64,000 nt of DNA from Selaginella moellendorffii (lineage: Eukaryota > Plantae > Lycopodiophyta). Positions 1 to 11,588 of the stretch are shown here, in pieces (positions within the stretch are counted from its first letter, which is position 1; every line of letters begins with the position of its first letter). Made by a program: the position numbers and the translations under genes. The stretch spans positions 744,001 through 808,000 of the forward strand of contig NW_003314332.1 in NCBI RefSeq assembly GCF_000143415.4, written 5' to 3'. The notes beneath the pieces were generated by a model that saw only the letters and a list, made by a program, of their open reading frames with translations, searched no databases and was not told where the DNA came from.

Positions 1-705
1 GATTTGCTTCGAGTCGATGGCCGCGGCTTCAAAAAGTGAGTGGAGGAACGGAAGCTTCCGACGTTCTCGAAGAGGCATGGGTTTGAGAAGCCGAATGATG
101 AGCGAGCCTCGCAGCTAATGGAGCACTACAGGAACACAATGGGATCAGCGATGAGTACAGTTTCATCATTCGCAAGAATTCATGTCAACAAACAAAGTAA
201 GCGCTGTGACCTTACATACTTTTGCTTGCAGCAACGAGCTCATATCGAAGATCGTTTCATTATTCACAGGAACATAAGTATTGCGTTGGTGCAAGTTCTT
301 CCCCAAGAAAAAGCTCAGCACCTGTCTTTGATGCATACCCAACAGATTCAATACTTCGAGACTAACTGGCATGGCGTCAACTGGACTGCAAACGCTGATG
401 CGAACTTCATCAACTACTGTTCTTTGGTTCAAGTCACATCAACAACGTCAACACATGCTTCTGGATGCTGGGACTGGATTCCAGTATGGCCCACAGCAAA
501 CTGAAGGTAGTGAAGATTCATCTCATGATACTGCTGCAGAATGACCATCTTGAATGATTTCCCAGGGAACGAGGTCGATCGACAAGCAGGAGCTCTTACA
601 GTGAACTTCCTGCAAAATACCGCAAAGGACTTGGATTGCTCTTTGCCTCAGCTTATGCCTGTCAAATTGAGAGTCCCTACACCGTGCTCTTTAAATCGTG
701 CCCTG

Positions 706-3143
706 CTACCAGTAGTCTCTGCACGAGCACAGGCCATCTTCAAAGAGATGAGCCCGGCTCCCATCTCTCACACTGATCTTTCGCTGGAACAGCATGGACA
801 CGTACTTGATCACGGCATGGCAGTCAGCACACATCCGGTGCTTGCTACAAATGCGCATCATCGCGTCCCGAGGTAGTTTGATCACACCAAACGCCACAGC
901 CAGCCTCTCGCTGTGGTGTCTCTCGGCTTCCACCTTCCCTCTGATCAATCCCTCGCTGCTAGCCTTGAAAATGTAGCCAACGCTCGTCATCCTCAACCGC
1001 ATTCGCTCCAGGAACCTCTCGAGCTTGCGAGACATGGCGTGCTTCTTCCTCGAGTGGCCTTCGAGAAACCTGTAAACTTTGCCGTGGATCTCGATGAAGC
1101 TCGACTGCCGCTGCTTGTACCGCCTCATCTTGGCGATCATCTCCTCGGCCTTGGCACGCATCCCTTCCTCCACGTACATGTTTGCAAGGATCTCGTAGGG
1201 GAGGTGGTCCTTGCTATCCAGCTTGAGCATCTCCCTCGCCGCTCTCCTTGCTCGCGGGAGATCCTTGTGAACTTCGCTGGCCGTCAGCAAGCTCAGCCAG
1301 TCGAGCCGCCCTGGATGAAACGGCGAGTGATTGACGAGATCCTCCACCTTGGCGACTCGGCCTTGCCGTCCCAGCAGCTGCATCACCATTCTCAGGTGCT
1401 CCACTCGAGGCCGGATGTTAAAGTCGGTGATCATCGAGTGGTACAAGCTCCGGCACTCTCCGAGCCTCCCTTTGTGGCTTGAGCCCGCGAGGAGCGCGGT
1501 GAAGGTCTCAGCATGAGGTAGCAATCCTTCCAAGTTCAAGCTGTGATACAGCTCCGCAGCTCCAGTGACAAAGCCGTGATCGGCAAATGCCGAGATGAGC
1601 GTCGTGTACCTCGTCGTTGTCTTGTACGCCATCCCCTCAATCTTGTCCCTGGCAACCTCCAAGAGCATGCACTTGCCGTAGAAGTTGGCGAGCGCCAGCT
1701 CCAGAACGTCCTTGACTTGGATTGCCGACTTCGCGAGCTCGAGCACCCGGGATCCATACTCGAGAGCCACGAGACCGGCGCAAGCGTCGATGGCTGCCAC
1801 GATCGTAAACTTGTCGGGCGAGGTCCCGTCTTGCACCATCCGCTCGAAGAAGTGGAGGGCCTCGTACGAGTCACCGCGCCTGGCGTAGGCCGTGATGATC
1901 GAGTTCCAAGTGTAGGCGTTCTTGGCGGGGATCCTCTCGAAGAGCCGGGTGGCCGTCTCCATCCGGTTGCACATCGCGTACATGTGAACCACCGCGGTCC
2001 CGGCACAAACATCCGACTCCAGTCCCGCCAGCCGGACCTGCTGGTAGATCACACTCCCGTAGAGCAGCTCCGCCGAGTTTGCGCAAGCGTCGAGAGCAGC
2101 CACCAAGCTCGCTCGATCCTGGACGCCGCCCTCGAGCTGCATCATCCGGTGGAGCACCACTCCTTCCACCGGAGCTCCACTTCGAGTGAACGCGACGATG
2201 AGCTGCGTCCAAGTCACGCTGCTCTTGCAGGCCATGGCCTGGAAGACTCTGGCGGCCGCGTCGAGCTGGTCGAAGGCGTAGTACATCGCGATGAGAGCGT
2301 TCCCCAGGATGGTATCGCGGGTGGCGTAGCCCCGAGACGCGGCCAGCTCGTGGAGAAGCCGCCCGGCTTTGACACTCCTCTTCTGGAGGCTGAGAGCCGC
2401 GACGCTGGCACAGGCATTCACCGCGTGAGTGAAGGTGACGGCGTTTGGTTCTTGGCCATGGAGCAGCATCCTCCGGAAGAGTCGAAGAGTCTCGAGTCCA
2501 AACTCCACTCTTTGGAAGCCGTGAGGGAGGAGCTTGTCCTTGGAGCGCAGCACCAGAGCTCCCAGCATGAAGTTCCAGGCGATCACGTCCTTGCTCTCCA
2601 TTCTCTCAAACACGGCATAGGCCTGCTCGGTGTCCCTGCATTTGCCATACATGTCGATCAGCTGCGTAGCGATTAGAACGTGAGAATCCACACCTGGTTC
2701 TGAGAGTTCTTGCTGGTGGAGCTGGCTTCCTCCCTCCAGATCTCCCTTGCTTGCACAATCTCTCAAGGAGGACATTCGATGCTGGTATTGCTCCACAGTC
2801 ATGTTGAGTTGCTTGAGATCATCCTTGCCTGGTCGTCGGGAAGTGCTGCTGGGTTTTGCAACTTTGGAGATCTCCTTCTTCTCCTGGCTGGGCTTTGCAA
2901 CTTTGGAGATCTCCTTCTTCTCCAGCTCCTTTCTTTTGTTTGCTTTCGAATCAGGTGCTTTCTTCCTGGCTTGTTCTTCCGCAGCATTCCTTCGTTTCAT
3001 CTTCTTTCCTTTGGGCACCACAGGAGCGGCGGGCAATGTGGACAGGGATCCAAACAAGCGCACGACGATCCTGGAAAGATTGTTGAAGTGAAAAAATGTG
3101 AATCGCTAGCGAGCGCGAGCACTTACCTGTGATGCCTGGTCAT
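706..3143 (-). CDS. PLS-E-DYW pentatricopeptide repeat protein (organellar C-to-U editing factor)
   Basis: P/L/S repeats, E domain, and HHSERLA...CADCH...CSCRDYW C-terminus. The ORF track starts at a GTG. The true start is probably ATG 3143 via exon 3143-3127 and GT-AG intron 3126-3071, giving MTRHHRIVVRLFGSLS (transit-peptide-like). Confidence 0.93.
2848..2925. repeat. 39-bp tandem duplication (EKKEISKVAKPS x2) in the PPR N-terminus
   Basis: 2848-2886 and 2887-2925 are near-identical. Confidence 0.9.
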
Positions 3144-3200
3144 GCTCAAACAAAGTCCTCACGGAAGAACCCTAATCCTATTCTCTTGTTCTTGTTTACA

Positions 3201-4541
3201 ATGCATGGACGACCGAGGACGCGGGCCACTGCGGCAGCTGACAAGGAAAGCGAAGCCAAGGCCGAGCGCTTCGAATTGCTTCTCTCTGCGGTACTGAGGA
3301 ATCACCAGCAGCGATGGTAAGATCGGTGAGCCTGGATCGATCGATTGATTTACTCTAGCTTGTTTCTTTCTAGTTACACCAAAGAGGCTCTAGAAGAGAA
3401 CGCCCGGCTGGTGGAGCTCAATCCAGAGGTTTACACTGCTTGGAACTTCCGGAAGCTCGCCCTCAAGAGTCTCTTGGATGCCGAACCCGACGAGGATTCT
3501 CGCAAGGATCTCGTCAAACAAGAGCTCAAAGTGGTATGAAATGAAATCTTTCGTTCCTCCTCTTCGTATGTCTCACGAGAGCCGAGCTTTCTTTTGTAGA
3601 CCGAGAACGCGTTGCGAGCACACATAAAGTCGTATTCTGCGTGGCACCACAGGAAATGGGTGATTGCTCTCGGTCTTTCATCTCTGGACGACGAATTGGA
3701 TCTGCTAGCGCAGCTCTTCAAAGTAGACGCTCGCAACTTCAATGCCTGGAGCTACCGCAGGTTAAAGTGACAACAGTGTCTTTGTCTGGTCTCTCACTCG
3801 CGATCTCTCTCTTTTTTTTCTTCCAACAGGTACATCGTGGGTCTCATGGGCGTTCCCGTGCAACAAGAGCTCGACTATACCATGACGCTACTCAACAAAA
3901 ACTTCAGCAACTATTCCGCTTGGCACAATCGCAGGTTGGTTTTCTCGCTGCAAGCACAGCGTTGATATTCTATGGTTTGCAGTGCGTTGCTGCTGGAGCT
4001 CTTCAAGGAGATAAAAGACGAGCAGGGCAAGGAGTCGATTCTCTCGGAGGAATTTGAGCTTGTGAAGCAGGCCTTATACACAGATCCGTGTGATCAGAGT
4101 GGCTGGTTCTACCATAGCTGGCTCCTGGGCCACTCGTCCAAACAAGATAGGCTCGGGACAGAGATCGATATGTGCAGGGACCTGCTAGAAGCCGAGGAAG
4201 ACGCAAGGTAACTCCAAGCTAGATCTTTGCTCCTTTGAAGTTGACGATCTCTCTCTCTCTCTCTCTCTCTCTCTGGGGTGCAGTGACTGGGCCAGGAACA
4301 CCCTCGGAGAAGAAAGGTGAGTTCTTACCTTCCGTGTTCGCGTGTTCTAAGCCTGTGCTGCAACAGTAAGTTTCCTCGGTTGACACTCGCACGGCTGCTA
4401 AGCTCGGCCCCTGGAGTTGACAAAGCCGAAGTGGTCTCACTCTACGACCGACTGGTGCGAACGGACCCTCCACACGCAGCGTATTACAAAGACATGTTGC
4501 AAAAGAGTCGAACAACAGAGGAAGAAGCTCGTGTCCTGTGA
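3201..4541 (+). CDS. RGTA: Rab geranylgeranyltransferase type II alpha subunit (short form)
   Basis: MHGRPR start. PPTA repeats NPEVYTAWNFRK, KSYSAWHHRKW, DARNFNAWSYRR, NFSNYSAWHNRS and TDPCDQSGWFYHSWL. Six short GT-AG introns. Confidence 0.92.
4248..4274. repeat. (CT)n microsatellite in an intron
   Basis: Direct observation. Confidence 0.9.
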
Positions 4542-4629
4542 TACAACTTCCGAAGAATGTGAGTTACAAAATGGTATCTTTAGTGATCTGTGTTGTCAGA
4601 GCCCTCGGTCGAAGAAGTAACCGGAAGAG

Positions 4630-6426
4630 TTACTTGGGGAGGTTCTCGGAGAGCTGTGTCATGAAGGCACCGACGGATGCCGCGTCTGTTTGGATCCACG
4701 CGGCGTCGAACCCATCCTGCTGGAAATCTACACCCAAGTTGGCTGCCACCGTCTTGAACACGGAGCCAAAGCGGTTCCCCATCTGAGCTCCCAGCCGGAG
4801 CCTGTGTGAGACGCCAACCACGAGTGCCTTGTCCGATTGAGGACAGCGAATGGCGCAGACGAGCGGCTTGCTCCGAGCACCTTGCTCCCGGAGAGCGTCC
4901 ATGACGAAGTAGCAGAGCTTGGTGAGAGCCATGGGACGAGCAAGAAGCTCCACGTCGTGACCATCCTCGAGCTTGAACCACCTGAACATCTTGGTGTTCT
5001 TTACGAATCCCTGCTTTGTCACCGCTAAGCTTCCCTGCCTCAGTATCGCACGCTGGACATTGATGGCTAGTTCCATTCCCTGCTGGAGCTCATGCCATCT
5101 CTTTGGCGCCAGTGCCGAATACGCCCGCATGAACTGGCCGCCGTGGTCATCGCAGCTTGCCTCGAGCAGTGCTGTGAGCCCGTAGACAACATCTGCCGCA
5201 GATACTTCGGAGCTGTATCCGTGAAGCTTCTGGAAACTACGGTAGTACAGGTCGGTCAGGCCAAACTGCGGTGACGACCTCTGGAATTCCTCCTTCATTC
5301 TGCGTCGAGTCTCTCCGCTCATATACTCGTACTTCTGCTGGCCTTCCACCAGCGCAATCCCCATGGTGGCCAGCAGCAACTTGAGCCTCTTAAGCCCCCC
5401 GTCACTCCAGGTCTTGAGCTTGGTGGCCACGTACGAGGAACACAGCATGGAATCATACAGCGTCCACTCTCTGAGCAGCATCAACCGTGGCTCCTCGTCG
5501 TTCGTAATGCGAGACCTGTCTGGCGCCTTAACCACGGTCCCGTCTTTCATGGTCACCTTTGTTACCATCTCCGAGTTGCCGGAGGTCTTGACGTAAGTGT
5601 CCAGCTCCATGACCCCCGACTGATATCTCTCCATGGTGAGCCTTTCGTGAACAAACTGGTCCGTGAGGGAGACGCATGCCAGCCACAGAAGCTCGTGGGT
5701 GTTGATGTGCAAGGCGTGAGAGATATCATACACTTGACGCCCAGCAGCTCTCCCGTGAAACGTCCCTGTTGAGTAGTAGTCTTTCTTCCGTCTCCGCATA
5801 TCTCTCCTCAAGTTGTCCGCGTGATCAGAAGAGTTGTCCCTGTCCCTGCCCCTTTTCCTCATGCTATTGTGCTTGTCACCACCACCATCACCACCACCAT
5901 CGAGTTCCTCCTCATCGTCGGATTCTTCCTCGTCTTCGTCTTCTTCACCATCGCTGGCAGCAGTCATAAATGAGAAATCCGCGAGGGAGCCCACATCAAA
6001 GTCGTAGACAATGTCCCTCTCCATCTCCTCCTCGCGGGCATAGAGCACGGTTACCTGCTGGTTGTGATCACTCCAATTGTTGAGGTGGATGGGCCTGTGA
6101 CTGTCCACCACAAACACAAGAACCCTAGGCCCCAGCTTGAGCTGCCGCCGGAGATCTTGGGTGCCTCCCCAGTTGATGAGCAGCACCACCAGCGGCTCCT
6201 CCGCCTGGATGGCCGCGGCACGGCTGCCCACATCGGCCATCCTCGACACTGGGAACACCGAGTGGCGCACATTGTCCGCGTTGAGGATGGAGCGAAAGAT
6301 CTTGAGCGCGCACACCGAATCGGCGTCCACCGTTGAGGGGAGGATGTGGAGAGGGCAAGAGGAGGCGGCAGAGGCGGCGGATTTGAGGCGCCGGTAGAAG
6401 TGAGCTCCGCTGCTCTCTCGCACCAT
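4630..6426 (-). CDS. CDC45: Cell division control protein 45, intronless
   Basis: DADSVCAL, VVDSHRPIHL, acidic loop, EEPRLMLLREWTLYDSM and SAADVVY motifs. Confidence 0.96.
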   Translation of the reverse strand: MVRESSGAHFYRRLKSAASAASSCPLHILPSTVDADSVCALKIFRSILNADNVRHSVFPVSRMADVGSRAAAIQAEEPLVVLLINWGGTQDLRRQLKLGPRVLVFVVDSHRPIHLNNWSDHNQQVTVLYAREEEMERDIVYDFDVGSLADFSFMTAASDGEEDEDEEESDDEEELDGGGDGGGDKHNSMRKRGRDRDNSSDHADNLRRDMRRRKKDYYSTGTFHGRAAGRQVYDISHALHINTHELLWLACVSLTDQFVHERLTMERYQSGVMELDTYVKTSGNSEMVTKVTMKDGTVVKAPDRSRITNDEEPRLMLLREWTLYDSMLCSSYVATKLKTWSDGGLKRLKLLLATMGIALVEGQQKYEYMSGETRRRMKEEFQRSSPQFGLTDLYYRSFQKLHGYSSEVSAADVVYGLTALLEASCDDHGGQFMRAYSALAPKRWHELQQGMELAINVQRAILRQGSLAVTKQGFVKNTKMFRWFKLEDGHDVELLARPMALTKLCYFVMDALREQGARSKPLVCAIRCPQSDKALVVGVSHRLRLGAQMGNRFGSVFKTVAANLGVDFQQDGFDAAWIQTDAASVGAFMTQLSENLPK

Positions 6427-6545
6427 TCTCCGGCCCCCTCTGTGCTATCTAGCCATGACCGTGGCGGCCAAGATCTGGAGCTCACCTCTCTTCTTGTCGA
6501 TCATGGGATGGGATGGATCTCGCCCGCCCCGGGATCTCTCCCCAA

Positions 6546-6671
6546 AAACCCTAGAATAAGAAATGCCCGGGAAAATGGGCGGGCTGTTCAAATTGAGCCA
6601 CGCTGGCAATGACATTGAAATTTTTAAAAAGCTAACGGTATGCCATTTTCACAGGAACCCTAGTTTGGCGC
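6546..6671. promoter_or_regulatory. Bidirectional promoter for CDC45 and p28 with telo-boxes, E2F sites and an MSA-like element
   Basis: AAACCCTAG 6546-6554, TTTCCCGG (minus) 6567-6574, CTAACGG 6632-6638, AACCCTAG 6656-6663, TTTGGCGC 6664-6671. Confidence 0.65.
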
Positions 6672-6675
6672 GGCC

Positions 6676-7841
6676 ATGGCGAGCTCGGATATGTGGCCGT
6701 CCCTGCTCAAGTATGGGAATGCCAGTGTCATTCTCACCAAGGAAGCCGCAAGCCCCAAGAGAAAGGTATCCTCCCCCTCTCGATAGGGTTCTTACGTCCT
6801 TCCAGGGTTCCAAGCAAGCGCCGGCAGAGCCAAAGCCGCTTGCGACACAGCAAACGGACGACATTCTTGATGCGATTCTACCCCCAAGGTTTGTAGCCTT
6901 TGGGGCATCCCTATCGCATTGATTGATTGGATATTTCTTTCTTACACACAGGCAATGGGTTGAGGAGGGGCAGCAATGGATCCAGAAGGTGTCCAGTACG
7001 CCTGCGACTCGGCTGGACGTTATAAATCTCCAAGTAAGATTTGATGCTCGTGCCGGATTCTAACCTCGAGCTTGCTTTCTTGGCAGGAAAAACTGGATCA
7101 AGAATTGCAACGCCGGCAGGCACGCGAGACTGGCATTTGTCCCATCCGAGAGGAGCTCTATGCTCAGGTTGGTGCTTTTGTTCTCCTTGTATTCTGCGTT
7201 ATGGGGTGCGATTTCGCTCGGCGTGACTATTTTGTGTCTCAAGTTTTTTGCAGTGCTTTGACGAGTTGATCCGGCAAGTGACTGTTAACTGTGCAGAGCG
7301 GGGGCTTCTTTTGCTTCGGATCCGCGACGAGCTCAGGATGGTAAGCTCTCATTTTTTCTGTTCACTTCTTGAAAACAATCGTCTGTGATTTGGCGGCAGA
7401 CTATTGCGGCATATCAAACACTCTACGAGAGCAGTGTTGCCTTCGGATTGAGAAAGTCATTGCAGGCTGAATGCGGCAAAGCCGACATGGAGAATCGCAT
7501 TCAGCAAGTAAGATATCTATCTACGCACTGCAAGGCGCTGAGACGCATCCATGCGCTGACTCAAACGTTATCTTTCTATAGCTCGAAGGAGAGCTCAAAG
7601 AACTCGATCGTCAAGTGGCCGAGTGGAAGGTGCGGATGATCAAATTTTCACGTTCATCAGATTTATTTATTTGTTTCTTTTAACTTTCTCCCAGAACAAG
7701 TGTGAGATGACCGAGAAGCAAAACGCCGAGAAGAAAGCTTACGACGATAAGAAGCATGCCGAGGAAGTGGCGTACTACACTCGCTCGAACAAGCAACTCA
7801 AGGCCCAGCTTGAGGCCTTCCTTGCTCCGGCCAAGAAATGA
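6676..7841 (+). CDS. DNALI1: Axonemal inner-arm dynein light chain p28
   Basis: Spliced product contains DILDAILPPR, VSSTPATRLDVINLQEKLD, QARETGICPIREELY, FDELIRQVTVNCAERGLLLLRIRDE and YQTLYESSVAFGLRK. About seven introns. Confidence 0.95.
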
Positions 7842-7999
7842 AACTCCCACAGCTTCTTCTTCTTCTTCTTCCACCAGTGTTCAGCGAACTACCTAAAAGT
7901 GCTTCTGGAATGAAACACTCAAAAAACAAATGCGCTGTGTGTGGAGATCGGGGGTGGGAACTTAGGAAGTCGAAGATGGTGGCGGTCTGTGCGATCAAG

Positions 8000-8464
8000 T
8001 CATGGGACTGGGAAGGATTTTCCGTGGCACATACATCGATAGGTGGAAGGGCAAGCCTCCGAGTCTCGCGACTCGAGGCACATAAAGCTGATGGTAACTC
8101 TGAGACACGGCGAGCAAGGGCCACAGGCGTGAGAGCAGTCTGGGAGCGCCGAGCCAGCCATCATCGACAGCTCCTTGGATCTGTTCCGAGGGACCTGGGG
8201 GCAGCAATGGTCGCGTTAGAAACAGGAAAGCAGTGCTCGACCACATTCTACCTCTTCCGCGGTGCTGTTGATGGTGATTTGTGCTTGGATGGTTTTGCTC
8301 TCGTCGGGCACTGCTTGGCAATGAACGAGAAGCATGAGCTCATAGGGAACAGGAACATGAACTTAGACAAAGAACTTACGAGGCCGATGTGTGGAAGAGA
8401 GCGGCAAGGTTGCGACGAGGACGATGAGGACGAGCAACAAGTGTAGAGGCGATGGTTGGACCAT
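8000..8464 (-). CDS. EPF1/2: EPIDERMAL PATTERNING FACTOR 1/2-like secreted Cys-rich peptide
   Basis: Exons 8464-8380, 8313-8252 and 8194-8000. Signal peptide MVQPSPLHLLLVLIVLVATLPLSS. Mature region GSALPDCSHACGPCSPCLRVTISFMCLESRDSEACPSTYRCMCHGKSFPVP has 8 Cys. Not in the ORF track. Confidence 0.93.
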
Positions 8465-8819
8465 CGTCTCGCAAAACGGAAAAGCTTGCTTTGAGCGATC
8501 CAACCCTAGTCGAGCGGAAAAAGCGATGGAAAGCTTAAATACTCAAGCAAGTACATTATGCTCTTCACAGATGGGGAGCTCCCGCTATAAACGCGAGAGA
8601 ATTTGTGCACAAGCGGCATAGCGGGTATCATAAACCGAAAAAGGAATCTCATTATTATTCGTTTTTATAGTGGTTACGACGAGGGAGCGTTCGTGATCTT
8701 GTTTGTCCGATTTTACTGTTTGATAGACAGTTATGTATCTGCCATGTATAAGCATTGATAACACAATCGCTCTCACATGAAACCAGCCAAATCATTCAAT
8801 TCATCGGGACTGCTTAAAC

Positions 8820-10356
8820 TTAGATCCGGGAATGCTGTGGCGAAGAAGTGGTCACTCGCTCCTCCTCCTCGTCATTATCAGTCGTCATGCTTAATGGCTC
8901 GTACTTGGCGCCAATGGAGGAGAACTCGGGATCTTGGAGCAACTTGTTCATCAAAGCCTTGTCCAGCTGCAAGTAGACCACAAACCCATCGCCCTTGCTC
9001 GCATTTGGAAGGAAGAGCAAGAATTGCGGGACGAGCCTGGGAACCGGGGGGTTGATCCCCGCGAAGCAAGGCCCGCCATAGCCAAACTCGACGTCGTAGA
9101 GCCCCACCCTGGCGCAGCTGGAGATGGCCATAGCGCGCTCCTTGCTGGGTGGTCCTCTTCCCGCGTAGGCCACGAACGCCCGGAAGTAGGCCTCGTCGGC
9201 CCCTTTGACCGCCTCGTGGACCGGCGAGACCGAGTTGGCCAGGGGCCCGTCAACGAAGTCCGCGCGGGGCATGACCACGGCCTTTGGGAGCGCCAAGTTG
9301 CCGGCAAACGTGGCGGCGTCGAAACAGGCGCGGAAGTCGACCATGAGCACGAACTTGGCCATGGCGTCGCTGTCGTCGAGCTTCATCACGTTGCGCACCA
9401 CGAAGGCGGTGACGGCCTCGAAGGAAGTGGTGCCCGGAGGAGCCATGGCCTTGAGCTCCCGCAGTGCCTCCTTGTCGTAAACCAGCCCTTCGATGCAGGA
9501 CTCGCCAAAGTCGTCCTCCACACTGGATTCGCCACTGTCGCTTGCTGGTGCTGGTGTCGAATGACATGATTTGGTTCCGACAATGGCAGCCGGAGGAGCT
9601 GCCGATGGATTCGAGCCAGTAGAGGCGCTTGAGACGCTGGCGCCGGTGGTGGCGGCCACGAAAGCCGACCTGTCGTGGATGGGATCCTGGGACAGGGTCT
9701 TTCCTCGCGTCAGCTGTGACCACGCCTGCATGAACATGGAGACGGCGTGTGCGTCCCCGCATTGGTGGTGGAAGCTGCAACCAAGCGCCACAGCGCCGCA
9801 TCTAAAGCGCGTCACCTACACCAGCAATGCGTCAACTTAGCCTCGATCGGGAGCCGAGAGATGGAAACTTTACCTGGACGGAGAGAGCTGCGACGGGAGG
9901 AGCATCCTCTCGAGGGACCGCATTCAATCGAGGGGCCAGCAGCCGGAGCTGCAAGCACGGCCGGCAGAAGACCGTCTTGCGCAGCTCCTCGTCCACATGA
10001 ACCACTCTAAACTCGGCACCTCCGTTGTCACAGTGGAGATCCCACGACTGCGTCTCCGGGTTCTTCTTGAGCCTTCCAGCCCAGGGGTAGTACGGGACGA
10101 GCACTTTGGCCAGCGAGTGGCGGACCTTGTCCACGAACGAGTCGAAGCAGTCGGCTGAAATAGCATCGTAGATGAAGTAGACTGGTATATAGATCGGCAA
10201 GATGAACTTGTCCAGGACAGACAGCGAAATCCACCTCTCCTCTTGGGCCTCCTCCGGAACTACAACCCAAAAGGAATCCTTCTCTTCCTCCTGCCCCTCG
10301 TCCTTGACTAGAGATCGAGCACTTTGTCTACATATCTGTATAGAATATGGAGTCAT
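8820..10356 (-). CDS. BAHD acyltransferase
   Basis: YYPWAGRL, VQ|VTRFRCG with the conserved intron (9873-9816), HHQCGD (HxxxD) and EFGYG (DFGWG-like). The 5' end is uncertain and may extend past 10390. Confidence 0.9.
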
Positions 10357-10595
10357 TGTATATATCAGTCAAGTTTTGCGAACTACCTTCACGGCTGTCG
10401 AGTCTGCGGATGTAGTGCTCGGCGATACCACGGGGTTTGTGGCATGGAGTTCGGATGCATGAGGAGGAATCCTGCGAAACAATTAAAGACACGAAGACTG
10501 AGGAAAATTTCTGTGCAGCCTAGAGCCATGAAACAAGATGCTGCTTGCCATTGCCAATCATCGCAACAACAAAAGAAAAGAAGCCATGACTTGCC

Positions 10596-10862
10596 TCTGT
10601 TGCTGTGCTCCGGGATCCATATGGTATTCCGGTAAAACGTACAGGAGAGGCACTCCTTTTGAGAGCAGCTGCTAATCTCTTTGCACCGCTTGCACCGCCA
10701 GAATTTCACCTATTTACAAGCAATATCAGTTCGTCAATCTCATGTCTTCGTTCCAGAAAGTCAAGTACTTGGCTTTGCTGGACCCCATGAAAGGTCGCTC
10801 TTGAACACACCTTTAGCGGGACCGTCCTCCGCCCGCCGAACAAGCGAAGAATTCCTTGTGGT
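10596..10862 (-). other. Possible exons encoding a RanBP2-like CxxC-x10-CxxC motif upstream of the BAHD gene
   Basis: WRCKRCKEISSCSQKECLSC follows a plausible TAG acceptor. Confidence 0.25.
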
Positions 10863-11588
10863 CTAGGACACAAGAGAGGAACACACTGTCACAAGGATAA
10901 GTATCAGCCTGAAAGCTCATTGATATCCGGCGAGCAAACTAATTCAGTCAGGTATGAGGATTAGTATCGTATCGCTTGCGTTTTCTTGTCAACCAACGGT
11001 GGCATAATCGCGGGCAATTAGTTTAGCTTCGTACACTCCACGACGACGACGCTGTGCATCTCGTGACAATTCCTGAGCAGCAGCGTGTGTGGTCCAGTCG
11101 GGTCGGGCAGCCTCCGCCAGAGACAAATCTCTCGCTTCTGTGCATACGAGCTGTTTCCATTCCAAAAGGCTACACTTTGGAGGAAAAGAAAACCATCCAT
11201 AAAGAAAGCGAGAGCTCTGCCAAAGGTGAAAACAATAAACAAGAAAAGATGCCAACCGCTGGGACCAAACGTTCTTCCGGGACTTGCAAGTCTGGCCGCA
11301 AGAGAAATGAGAGTGACTCTCACAGCGAGCTCCAGGATGTACGCACGTACCCGATCAAGGCAGCCTGTTTTTATCACGGACACATGCCCATTGCTGGCAT
11401 ATGCAGCAAGCCACGAGGATCTATACACCGTAGCTCAACGCTAAACGTGCTTTCCATCTCGTCACCTCAACGCTGTAAGCTTGTTCCTCCCACACACACA
11501 TCTCATCTCAGGGTCACACCATCACGGTCGTGGCGGAGGCAAAGACTCGGATCTCTCATCCCAGCAAAAGAGTCAGTCACAATAGTGG

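Noticed and set aside
40-504. 154-aa ORF at the window start
   Set aside because: No recognisable homology and no consistent splice model. It may be the end of an upstream gene.
913-2676. Long antisense or alternate-frame ORFs over PPR, RLK and BAHD genes
   Set aside because: Expected by-product of high GC3 codon usage.
7838-8446. 202-aa + strand ORF
   Set aside because: Antisense shadow of the EPF gene with no recognisable motifs.
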